A stretch of DNA of 46,608 bases from the NCBI GenBank assembly GCA_022771715.1, contig JALELF010000017.1:1-46608 (forward strand). Reading direction: 5' to 3'. The notes under the pieces were generated by a model. The model saw nothing but the letters and a program-made list of their open reading frames with translations, ran no database searches and was not told the origin of the DNA. This document shows, piece after piece, positions 35,881 to 44,303 of the stretch (positions are counted from its first letter, which is position 1; the number at the start of each line of letters is the position of its first letter). The DNA comes from Bacillota bacterium (GTDB lineage Bacteria; Bacillota_I; Bacilli_A; RF39; UBA660). The position numbers and the translations under genes are program-made.

Positions 35881-38227
35881 GTTTTACACGGTCCTTTTCT
35901 TCAGCTCTTTTACCATTATTGAATCTATCTACAGTACCAACTAAATAGCCGGTAATTCTTCTAATTCTTTCAAATTTAACACCATCAGCTTCAGTACGAT
36001 TGCAACCAGGACAAACATCTCCTATTACGCCATTAAAGCCACAAACTGGGTCTCTATCTACTGGATGGTTAATTGCACCATATCCAATTCCTTCTTCTTT
36101 CATAATTCTAACAATTTTTTCAAATGCTTCTACATTATCAGCTGTATTACCATCTAATTCAATGTAAGTAATATGACCAGCATTAGTTAAAGCATGATAT
36201 GGAGCTTCTAGATGGATTTTTTTAGAAACAGAAATATTATAGTAAACTGGAACATGGAAAGAGTTTGTATAATAATCTCTATCTGTAACACCTTTGATTT
36301 TTCCATAAATAGCCTTATCTATGTTAACAAATCTACCTGACAACCCTTCTGCTGGTGTAGCTATAACTGAGAAATTCAAATTATATTTTTCGGCATATTC
36401 ATCAGCTTTTTTACGCATAAAACCAATAATTTCTAGTCCTAACTTTTGAGCTTCTTCACTTTCACCGTGATGTTTACCAATCAAAGCTTTTAAACATTCT
36501 GCTAAACCAATAAAACCAAATGTTAATGTGCCATGTTTTAAAACTTTTCTAAGTCTATCAGTATCTTTTAACTTTTCTGAATCAATCCATACACCTTGTC
36601 CAAGTAAGAATGGAAAATTATAAACCCTTTTATTACATTGAATTTCAAATCTTTCTAGTAATTGATCTTTAACTAATTCCATTAATTCTTCTAATTCTTT
36701 ATAGAAACCTTCCATATCTACTTTTTCATTAGTTACTATACCATGTTTAATACCAAGTCTTGGTAAATTAATTGAAGTAAATGATAAATTACCACGTCCT
36801 GGAGTAATAGCTTTATCAGGATCTACAACGTTTCCTAAAACTCTAGTACGACATCCCATATAAGCAACTTCTGTATTGTAGTCTCCTTCTTTGTAATACA
36901 TTTTATTATATGGTGAATCAATGAATGAGAAATTAGGGAAAAGTCTTTTTGCAGAAACACGACAAGCTAATTTAAATAAATCATAATTTTTATCTTCAGT
37001 ATTGTAATTAACGCCCTCTTTTACTTTAAATATTGAAATAGGGAAAATTGGTGTTTCTCCATGACCTAAGCCAGCTTCAGCCGCTAATAAATAGTTTTCA
37101 ATAACCATTCTACCTTCCATAGATGTATCAGTACCAAAGTTAATTGATGAGAATGGTACTTGTGCCCCCGCTCTAGAATGCATTGTGTTTAAATTATGAA
37201 TAAATGCTTCCATCGCTTGATAAGTAATTCTATTAGTTTTAAGAATTGCTTTTTCATAACTCATGTTAATTGCTCTTATAACTTGTTCAGAATCTTTTCC
37301 TAACTCCAATAGATTAGTTAAATCATCATCCATACTTTCTAGTTTATCAATTTCTTTAATGAATTTTTCAAATTTAATAAATTTAGTATAATCATTATAA
37401 TCTAATATATCATATAATGTTTGTTTAAATTGTTTTTTGAATGTTTGTAATACACCAGGTGCCATATAATAATCAAATGCTGGGATACTTTGACCACCAT
37501 GTTGATCATTTTGATTACTTTGAATAGCAATTGCGGCAAGTGCACTATAAGACATAATATCTTTAGGCGCTCTTAAATGCCCATGACCTGTTGAAAAGCC
37601 ATCTTTAAACAATTTATTTAAATCTATTTGACAACAAGTAGTAGTGCCCATTGGTAAAAAGTCCATATCATGAATATGAATATCTCCATTATCATGAGCA
37701 TCAGCAAATCTTTTTTTAATTAAATAAGCTTTTGTAAATTCTTTTGAAACAGTTGAGCCAAATTGTAACATTGTACCCATAGCTGTATCACCATCTACAT
37801 TGGCATTTTCTCTTTTAGCATCATCTTCAGAAGCTGATTTTAATCCTAAACCTTCTATAACTTTTAAAAACTTATGTTGCTTTTTATCATCAAAAAATGC
37901 TTGTCTAGATTGACTTCTTCTTTCACGATATTCAGAGAATGATTCATATACATCAGTATATCCTTTTTTCTTAAGTTCATCTTCTATCATATCTTGAATA
38001 GTTTCTATTTTTATTTTTTCTTCATTTTTATATTCTTTTTCTATATTTTTAAGAACACACATAAATACTTTATTAATATCTTTTTCAGTGTATTTCTTTT
38101 CATCATCAATAGTTATACTATCAAAACCTTTTTTTATAGCCATGGCAATTTTAGTACCATCAAAATCTACTTTTTTGCCATTTCTTTTAACAACTTTTAA
38201 ATCATTTAATGTAATCTCTTCTATCAT
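35864..38227 (-). CDS. nrdD: Anaerobic ribonucleoside-triphosphate reductase NrdD (class III)
   Basis: N-terminal ATP-cone VVKRNGKKVDFDGTKI, C-terminal Zn ribbon CGFNGVIGDVCPGCN, and glycyl-radical motif RRITGYLVG. AGGAGG RBS upstream. Confidence 0.95.
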   Translation of the reverse strand: MIEEITLNDLKVVKRNGKKVDFDGTKIAMAIKKGFDSITIDDEKKYTEKDINKVFMCVLKNIEKEYKNEEKIKIETIQDMIEDELKKKGYTDVYESFSEYRERRSQSRQAFFDDKKQHKFLKVIEGLGLKSASEDDAKRENANVDGDTAMGTMLQFGSTVSKEFTKAYLIKKRFADAHDNGDIHIHDMDFLPMGTTTCCQIDLNKLFKDGFSTGHGHLRAPKDIMSYSALAAIAIQSNQNDQHGGQSIPAFDYYMAPGVLQTFKKQFKQTLYDILDYNDYTKFIKFEKFIKEIDKLESMDDDLTNLLELGKDSEQVIRAINMSYEKAILKTNRITYQAMEAFIHNLNTMHSRAGAQVPFSSINFGTDTSMEGRMVIENYLLAAEAGLGHGETPIFPISIFKVKEGVNYNTEDKNYDLFKLACRVSAKRLFPNFSFIDSPYNKMYYKEGDYNTEVAYMGCRTRVLGNVVDPDKAITPGRGNLSFTSINLPRLGIKHGIVTNEKVDMEGFYKELEELMELVKDQLLERFEIQCNKRVYNFPFLLGQGVWIDSEKLKDTDRLRKVLKHGTLTFGFIGLAECLKALIGKHHGESEEAQKLGLEIIGFMRKKADEYAEKYNLNFSVIATPAEGLSGRFVNIDKAIYGKIKGVTDRDYYTNSFHVPVYYNISVSKKIHLEAPYHALTNAGHITYIELDGNTADNVEAFEKIVRIMKEEGIGYGAINHPVDRDPVCGFNGVIGDVCPGCNRTEADGVKFERIRRITGYLVGTVDRFNNGKRAEEKDRVKHGRDY

Positions 38228-38283
38228 TTAACTTCCTCCTACCTTATATACATTATTACACAATAATAATAGTTTGTAAATAC

Positions 38284-38606
38284 TTTTTTTATTATTTTGT
38301 TCGTTATTTTTTTTACATTTACGTTTTGCCCTTATTTTTCAATAAATAACAATTTCAAAAAAATTATTTTTACTAAAAAACGTGTTTTTTTATTTTTTTA
38401 ACTTTTTTATTTTTTAGTTAAAATATGCATTTTGCCTTTTAAATATAAGTGTTTTAATGATTTTTTAACATTTTTTACTTTTTTTAACTTTTAATTAAAT
38501 TATACATTTTTGATTTTATATTTATTTGGTTTTTTATCATTTTTTTATTTTTTTGTTTTTTTACTTTTTTTATATTCAATGATTTTTGTTCGCCTTTTTT
38601 ACTACT
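38284..38606. repeat. Oligo-T tract array (A-tracts on the nrdD strand) with degenerate repeated sub-motifs
   Basis: Many T6-T8 runs are separated by 1-4 nt, for example T7-A-T7-G-T7-AC-T7 at 38540-38571 and T7-A-T7-AAC-T6-A-T6 at 38385-38415. Recurring motifs are TTGTTCG..TTTTTTAC (38297, 38587), TTTTGCC (38324, 38430) and TTTTTTAAC. Confidence 0.6.
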
Positions 38607-38607
38607 T

Positions 38608-38630
38608 AAAAAATGCACGAATTATGTGCA
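38608..38630 (-). terminator. Weak terminator after the M23 peptidase gene
   Basis: On the minus strand: TGCAC-ataattc-GTGCA followed by TTTTTT. The stem is only 5 bp. Confidence 0.4.
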
Positions 38631-38639
38631 CCTTTTTAG

Positions 38640-39518
38640 TTATTTAGATATATATAACTTTTCATTTTTATAAAGTTTAATTAAATAACTACCATCTTTT
38701 TGACACTCGTAAATTAGTTTAACATCTTTAACTACTTTACTTTCGATATATTCTAACCACTTATCTTTTTTAGAACTCGCTACATAACCAATAATACCAT
38801 TATTTGTTTTTACTTTATACCATGTATATAATTCTTTATCAATTATTTCTAATACATTATAATACTCGTTATAGTAAACATCTCCTAAATCATTACTTAC
38901 CTCATCTGGTAATGCACGAATATTTATTTGATTAACAAGTATTTTGATTTGATTTTTTGTTTCATCTAAACCATTATCATAGTTTAAATATGTAGTAGTA
39001 ACTTCGCCAGTCGCATATTTTCTAGGATTAACAAACTCATTATTAATAGTAGCTTCTAAATGAACATGAGTTCCATAGGTCCTATCAGTAATGCTTTTCC
39101 CAGATAAAACTAGTCCTGTATTTCCTTGTAAACCAATAACACTATTTTCATCAACTATTTGATTTAAACTAACTAATACACTATCTAAATGACATAGTCT
39201 AAGAATAATCAAATTATTATCATCATAAGTTTCAATCCAAACTTGATTTCCGCCTAATTCATCGATACTCATTTTGACATTTTTACCAGTAATAGAAATA
39301 CATTCATAAATACCATTAGAATACCATACACTTTGTTTTTCTAAAAAAGTATTATAATTTATACTGTCTTCATGTGATTTAAATTTGTTGATAATTTTAA
39401 TAACTTTTCCTTTACCATTTATTTTAATTTCTGATTTATGAACTCCTGAATAGTCTTCTGCACCTCCATGGGTTATATAGTCTTGAGTAATAGATCTTTC
39501 ACTACCTAAATATTTCAT
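38640..39518 (-). CDS. M23-family peptidoglycan endopeptidase with a C-terminal SH3-like wall-binding domain. It has no signal peptide, so the architecture is endolysin-like.
   Basis: HGGAEDY near the N-terminus, plus GNTG and THVHLE (HxH). The C-terminal segment INIRALPDEVSNDLGDVYYNEYYNVLEIIDKELYTWYKVKTNNGIIGYV is SH3_3-like. ATGA overlap with the upstream gene. Confidence 0.75.
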   Translation of the reverse strand: MKYLGSERSITQDYITHGGAEDYSGVHKSEIKINGKGKVIKIINKFKSHEDSINYNTFLEKQSVWYSNGIYECISITGKNVKMSIDELGGNQVWIETYDDNNLIILRLCHLDSVLVSLNQIVDENSVIGLQGNTGLVLSGKSITDRTYGTHVHLEATINNEFVNPRKYATGEVTTTYLNYDNGLDETKNQIKILVNQINIRALPDEVSNDLGDVYYNEYYNVLEIIDKELYTWYKVKTNNGIIGYVASSKKDKWLEYIESKVVKDVKLIYECQKDGSYLIKLYKNEKLYISK

Positions 39519-39850
39519 ACATCATCCCTCTTAATTTCTACAATTTCTGAATCTAAAGACTTAGGAGTATAATTGATTATTTTTTGATTTTTTAAAACAT
39601 CGTATATTGATGGTGCACCAATTAGACTAAATAAACTAACCCAACATGATTCAATAAAATTGAAATCATAGAAATAAATAGAAAAAGGAATACCAATAAT
39701 AAATGAAAAAGCAAGATTAAGTAAACCTATTTGATAATTTTTATTAACGAATGCAAAATGTTTAAATTTTTGAATAATTATCATAACAATAGAACTAACA
39801 ATAACACTAACACTAAGTAATTCAAGAATGCTTTCTTTAACTATTTCCAT
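39515..39850 (-). CDS. Small multi-TM membrane protein, holin-like (111 aa)
   Basis: Two to three hydrophobic helices (LLSVSVIVSSIVMIIIQ, LLNLAFSFIIGIPFSIYFY, WVSLFSLIGAP) and a charged C-terminal tail. It lies immediately upstream of the endolysin-like gene and is coupled to it. Confidence 0.5.
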   Translation of the reverse strand: MEIVKESILELLSVSVIVSSIVMIIIQKFKHFAFVNKNYQIGLLNLAFSFIIGIPFSIYFYDFNFIESCWVSLFSLIGAPSIYDVLKNQKIINYTPKSLDSEIVEIKRDDV

Positions 39851-39851
39851 A

Positions 39852-40163
39852 TTACTCCTCCTTACTAGATAGAGGTAATTTTTCTAAATCTCTTTTTAAT
39901 GATTCCACTACGCCATTACCACCTAAATTGTGATATTCAATATAAAGTTCATTCATTATTTCTTTTTCATAAATTGATATTTTTCCTCTTGATTTATAAA
40001 TGTTATAATTTTCAATAATTTTACTTTTTAATAAAACTTCTACTCCTTTAGTAGTTGAAGACAATACTTTTTTATAATCAGATAATTTTTTCATAAATAG
40101 TGTTAATAATGATATTAGAATACCAAATAAAAATTCAATCCAATAATGAACTATAAATTCCAT
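39852..40163 (-). CDS. Small single-TM protein with a coiled-coil tail (103 aa). Possible holin accessory or second holin.
   Basis: N-terminal TM helix WIEFLFGILISLLTLFM. The tail ...ELYIEYHNLGGNGVVESLKRDLEKLP resembles small phage lysis-module proteins as I remember them. Only a 1-nt gap separates it from the next gene. Confidence 0.4.
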   Translation of the reverse strand: MEFIVHYWIEFLFGILISLLTLFMKKLSDYKKVLSSTTKGVEVLLKSKIIENYNIYKSRGKISIYEKEIMNELYIEYHNLGGNGVVESLKRDLEKLPLSSKEE

Positions 40164-40262
40164 ATACTTCCCTCTATTCTATTATGTTATATGAATAATA
40201 TTTTTTTTTGTAACGATTTATAACTATGAAATAATTAATTTGAATATATTTATATAGGTGAT

Positions 40263-41279
40263 TTGGTGAAAAAGTTATGCTTAATTATATTTTTACTATT
40301 AATTAGTGGCTGTACAGTTAAAGAAAAAACTAAAACTATTATTGAATATGAAAATAATTATGTAGTTAGTATTAACTATCCAATAACTAATATTAAAAAA
40401 CTAGATAATAAAATAGTTAAATATATAAATAAAGAATATAATGATTTTAAAAAAAATAATTCTAATTATAATTTAGAATTATCTGAATTAAATATTAATG
40501 GTAGTTATGACATAGTAAATGATAGATATGTAAAAGTATATATAGAAAAGTATGTTTACTCAAATAAGGTAGAAAATTTTCAAAATATATCGTTTAATTT
40601 TGATATTAAAAAAAATAAGTTTGTTAATGACATTGGTATAACTGAAATAAAAGAAAAAAAGTGTATAAAATATACACCTTCTAATAAAATAATAAACTCT
40701 AATAAAAAAGTAATTGCGCTTACTTTTGACGATGGACCAAGTATTTATACAGAAAGTGTATTAAATGTGCTTAATGAATATAATGCGCGTGCTACATTCT
40801 TTGTTATTGGCAGTAAGGTTAAATATTATAGTGATACTTTAATTAATTTATTAGATAGTGGTAATGAAATAGGAAATCATACTTATAATCATAAATTGCT
40901 TTCCAAACTTAATGATGATGAACTATTAAATCAAATAAATAAAACACAAGAAATAATCAAAGAATATACTGGTTTTACACCTACTTTATTTAGACCAAGT
41001 TATGGTTCTATAAAAAAATCGCAAAAGAGTATGATTGATTTAAATATTATTTTATGGAATGTTGATACTTTAGATTGGAAATATAAAAATAGTAAAGTGA
41101 TTGCTAATAGGGCTTTAAGTAAAGCTAAAGATGGCTCTATTATATTAATGCATGATACTCACAAAAGAAGTGTTGAAGCTTTAGAAATAGTTTTAAATGA
41201 ATTAAAAGGTGAATATGAATTTGTAACTATTAGCGAATTATTAAAAATTAGAATGTTAAGAAGTACAAATGAAGAATGA
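40263..41279 (+). CDS. Polysaccharide (peptidoglycan) deacetylase lipoprotein, NodB homology domain
   Basis: Lipobox LLLISGC. NodB motifs TFDDGP, HTYNH and LFRPSYG, plus ILMHD. TTG/GTG start at 40263/40266. Confidence 0.85.
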   Translation: MVKKLCLIIFLLLISGCTVKEKTKTIIEYENNYVVSINYPITNIKKLDNKIVKYINKEYNDFKKNNSNYNLELSELNINGSYDIVNDRYVKVYIEKYVYSNKVENFQNISFNFDIKKNKFVNDIGITEIKEKKCIKYTPSNKIINSNKKVIALTFDDGPSIYTESVLNVLNEYNARATFFVIGSKVKYYSDTLINLLDSGNEIGNHTYNHKLLSKLNDDELLNQINKTQEIIKEYTGFTPTLFRPSYGSIKKSQKSMIDLNIILWNVDTLDWKYKNSKVIANRALSKAKDGSIILMHDTHKRSVEALEIVLNELKGEYEFVTISELLKIRMLRSTNEE

Positions 41280-41640
41280 AATTAAATTAATTGATTATGA
41301 AATAATTGGTTCTTTATTATTTATTGGTACTTTATTTATTAGTGTTATTTTATCATATAATGAAAAGCTTAGATTAGAAAAAAAAGAGCCTTTATTTGAT
41401 AATAAGACTCAAAAAAATATATTAATTGTAAATAAAATTGTAGTTTTAGGTATTGTTATATTTTTTCTTTATATTAATTATGAACATTATAAAGTAGCTT
41501 TATTTAAAAATGAAGATACTTATAATTATAAGGTTCAGTTAATTCCTTCTTTTTTAGCTATTTTAGCTGCTTTAATTATTTTATATTTAGTTCTTAAAGA
41601 TAACAATATATCTGATATAATCGATAATCCAGAATTATAA
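41269..41640 (+). CDS. Small integral membrane protein (3 TM helices), unknown function
   Basis: Track ORF overlapping the deacetylase stop by 11 nt. Three hydrophobic helices. Confidence 0.5.
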   Translation: MKNEIKLIDYEIIGSLLFIGTLFISVILSYNEKLRLEKKEPLFDNKTQKNILIVNKIVVLGIVIFFLYINYEHYKVALFKNEDTYNYKVQLIPSFLAILAALIILYLVLKDNNISDIIDNPEL

Positions 41641-41723
41641 ACTATTCACTTGTTACTTCTACATTACCAAAGCTAGCTTTTACTGTACCTGTTACAAAAT
41701 TATAGGTATTAGTAGATACGCCA

Positions 41724-42086
41724 CTATGATTTATAATATCCCCCCCAATCAAATACTTTTTCTGTTTTATTAATTATTTTAGTTAAATTAGGATTTGAAT
41801 CGCTATCTTTATAAAGTGCGTTCGTATATATGTCATTAACACTTGACGGTATAATAATATTGGCTAGTTGATTTTGCGAAAATGCCCATCTTCCTATCGT
41901 TTCAAGACCATTTGATAATGTTACACTAGATATTTGATTGAAAACAAAAGAACGCTCACCTATACTTTTTACTGTATTTGGTATTACTACACTTTTTATG
42001 TCTCCTTGAATTAGGGGGACAGCACTACCAGCAAATTCATTATCTTCTTTATTACTCATAAACTGGATATTATTTTTATTTAACAT
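41724..42086 (-). pseudogene. BspA-type leucine-rich-repeat (LRR_5-like) surface-protein fragment. Frame breaks occur at both ends.
   Basis: The segment VVIPNTVKSIGERSFVFNQISSVTLSNGLETIGRWAFSQNQLANIIIPSSV is a typical BspA-like LRR. There is no signal peptide. The frame stays open upstream of the ATG (NDYAFYAKALSTETS) and overlaps the 190-aa ORF. The 3' end stops 4 codons after a G7 run, while another frame continues to 41642. Confidence 0.5.
41740..41746. repeat. C7 (G7 on the coding strand) homopolymer inside the LRR gene
   Basis: This is the longest G/C homopolymer I could find in this very AT-rich window. It sits exactly at a frame switch. Confidence 0.8.
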
Positions 42087-42652
42087 TGATGTTTCAGTTG
42101 ATAATGCTTTTGCGTAGAATGCATAATCATTGTACCATTATTCATATTATTATCCATATTGTTTATATTATCATTAGTTATAAAATAATCATTTGTTATT
42201 TTAATACTTAATAAAGATAATATAGATGTTAAAACAATAACTGATAAAATACCAATAACTATTTTATCTTTATTAATAAATGTTTCTTTAATTGTTTTAG
42301 AATTAAAATTAGACATAATCAAATATATAATTAAGCCCGATATTACTAAACATTCTACTATAAACACAATATAATATGTTGACGTTAAACTACTTTTATT
42401 CATTTCATTTGGTTTTATCGTATTATCAGGTCTTTCAGATGGTACCAAGTTTGTATCATCTTTTTCATTATCTGATTTAGCCGATGGCTCTTCCATGTTT
42501 TTAAATTCTTCATTATTTGATGGTATTTGATTATCTTCTTTATTATCCATATTTGGAGGAATATTATTCATTCCATCATTTTTGATATTATTTTTAGCAT
42601 AATTCATTGTTAGATATACCAAAACTCCACCCAATATAATTATAGTAATCAT
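42080..42652 (-). CDS. Membrane protein with an acidic/Asn-rich low-complexity region. It is possibly the N-terminal part of the disrupted LRR surface-protein gene.
   Basis: TM helices ITIIILGGVLVYL, YYIVFIVECLVISGLIIYLI and IVIGILSVIVLTSILSLLSI. The 3' end overlaps the LRR frame. There is no RBS at its own ATG (see findings). Confidence 0.45.
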   Translation of the reverse strand: MITIIILGGVLVYLTMNYAKNNIKNDGMNNIPPNMDNKEDNQIPSNNEEFKNMEEPSAKSDNEKDDTNLVPSERPDNTIKPNEMNKSSLTSTYYIVFIVECLVISGLIIYLIMSNFNSKTIKETFINKDKIVIGILSVIVLTSILSLLSIKITNDYFITNDNINNMDNNMNNGTMIMHSTQKHYQLKHQC

Positions 42653-42811
42653 TATAATATTTTTATGTTTTTCTTCATTTTATCAATTCCTTTCTATATT
42701 TTAATGATTTTATTTTTTATACCATCTCCAATCTATATTGAGTATAAATATTATTTATTAAACGAATATTAAAAAAACAATATTTTTTACAAAATACTGT
42801 TAATTTTTAAA

Positions 42812-43864
42812 CTATTTTCTTTTATCACTTATAGCGTCATAAATATCTTTTTCAAAAAATCTATAAGTAGTTAAAATAATAATTGCGACAGGTAAAGATA
42901 TAACAATACCCATAATACCAAATAAAATACCTCCTGCAAATACAGCAATAATAACTATTAATGGATGAATATTATTTGTCTTACCATATACTTTAGGCCC
43001 TATTAAATAACTATCTAGCATAGAAAGAAGGAAAAAGGCAATTACTGTTTTAACAAACATAGCTGGGCTTATTACAAAAGCTGTAATAGCTGCAATAACA
43101 TTGACAGCCATACCGCCAAAATAAGGAATAAAACTTGCTACTGCTGCTAAAAAGCCAAGTAAAAGAGCATTAGGATGACCTATAACTATAAAAGCTATTG
43201 TATATTCAAAGAAAGAAATAATAACTATTTTTAAGAAACCACTAACGTAATTATTCATTTGAACATCTAGCTCTTTTAAATAATCAAAATTTCTTAATGA
43301 TACTTTTTTAGAATAATATTTTATATATGCTCTTATTTTATCCATATCAATAAGGAAATAAATAGCTGCAGAAAAAGCGATAACAGCTGTAGAAATAACT
43401 CCTAATGACATATTAATAGCAGATATTGCTCCATCTTTTGCAGATGTACCAACTGATGCGATTATTTCATTAAATGTTTTTGTTAATGTTTCTTGTAGTG
43501 GTCCTAAATTCAAGTCATAATTATTTGAAATATTAGTAATAAATGTAATTATACCATTAAATAAGCTTGATAATTGACCAAATACAACTGGTATTACAAG
43601 ACCGATTGCTAAAGCAAAAATGCCTAAAACTATTGCTACTACTATAGTAATACTAATACCTTTTGGTATTTTTTTACTTTTAAAATATTTAAGTAAAGGA
43701 TATAGCGCATAAGCAATTGCAAATGCCGCTAAAAATGGGAAAACAATTTTAATAACTAAACTTACTATAGAAAGCCATAGTGACTTTGTTTGGTAAATTA
43801 AGTATCCCATAAAAATAATAAGGGCTAAATTAACTAATTTATAATCTATTTTGTTTTTTAACAT
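42812..43864 (-). CDS. AI-2E family transporter (PerM/YhhT-like permease)
   Basis: 350 aa, approx 8 TM helices, and typical conserved stretches ...FIPYFGG... and ...IHPLIVIIAVFAGGILFGIMGIVISLPV. Confidence 0.8.
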   Translation of the reverse strand: MLKNKIDYKLVNLALIIFMGYLIYQTKSLWLSIVSLVIKIVFPFLAAFAIAYALYPLLKYFKSKKIPKGISITIVVAIVLGIFALAIGLVIPVVFGQLSSLFNGIITFITNISNNYDLNLGPLQETLTKTFNEIIASVGTSAKDGAISAINMSLGVISTAVIAFSAAIYFLIDMDKIRAYIKYYSKKVSLRNFDYLKELDVQMNNYVSGFLKIVIISFFEYTIAFIVIGHPNALLLGFLAAVASFIPYFGGMAVNVIAAITAFVISPAMFVKTVIAFFLLSMLDSYLIGPKVYGKTNNIHPLIVIIAVFAGGILFGIMGIVISLPVAIIILTTYRFFEKDIYDAISDKRK

Positions 43865-43865
43865 A

Positions 43866-44303
43866 TTATCTACTCTCCATGATTATTGTAACTGGACCAT
43901 CATTAGTAATTGCTACTTTCATATCACTACCAAAAATACCAGTTTCTACTTTAATTTTTTCTCTTAATTTTTCATTAAATAAATCGTATAAAGGCTTAGC
44001 TTCTATATTTTTTAAAGCATTCACATAGCTAGGTCTTCTACCCTTTAAAGTATCAGCATACAAAGTAAATTGTGAAATACTTAAAATACTTCCATTTACA
44101 TCTAATATACTTTTATTCATTACGCCATTTTCATCATCAAAAATTCTTAAATTGATTATCTTATCTACTAGATATTCAATATCATGAATATCGTCTCCAT
44201 GAGTAAATCCTACTAATACGACTAAGCCTTTATCAATACTCCCAACAACTACATTATCTACTTCTACAGACGATTTTTTACTTCTTTGAACAACTACTTT
44301 CAT
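43866..44303 (-). CDS. dtd: D-aminoacyl-tRNA deacylase
   Basis: [39 protein letters not shown] and NDGPVTI. Conserved position downstream of relA. Confidence 0.9.
   Translation of the reverse strand: MKVVVQRSKKSSVEVDNVVVGSIDKGLVVLVGFTHGDDIHDIEYLVDKIINLRIFDDENGVMNKSILDVNGSILSISQFTLYADTLKGRRPSYVNALKNIEAKPLYDLFNEKLREKIKVETGIFGSDMKVAITNDGPVTIIMESR

Noticed and set aside
38228-38300. NrdR-box search upstream of nrdD
   Set aside because: I looked for tandem 16-bp palindromes of the acaCwAtATaTwGtgt type. Only weak half-matches are present (for example TTGTGTAATAATGTAT), with no convincing dyad symmetry or tandem pair. I am not calling one.
38284-38606. T-tract repeat region as a CRISPR array or a replication origin
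   Set aside because: There are no regularly spaced, well-conserved direct repeats with unique spacers. I found no DnaA-box-like TTATCCACA motif. The repeats are degenerate and homopolymer-dominated.
38640-41640. Complete prophage around the lysis cassette
   Set aside because: The ORF track shows no integrase, terminase, portal, capsid, tail or repressor genes on either side. The flanking genes are housekeeping (nrdDG, polysaccharide deacetylase). Only the three-gene cassette is phage-like.
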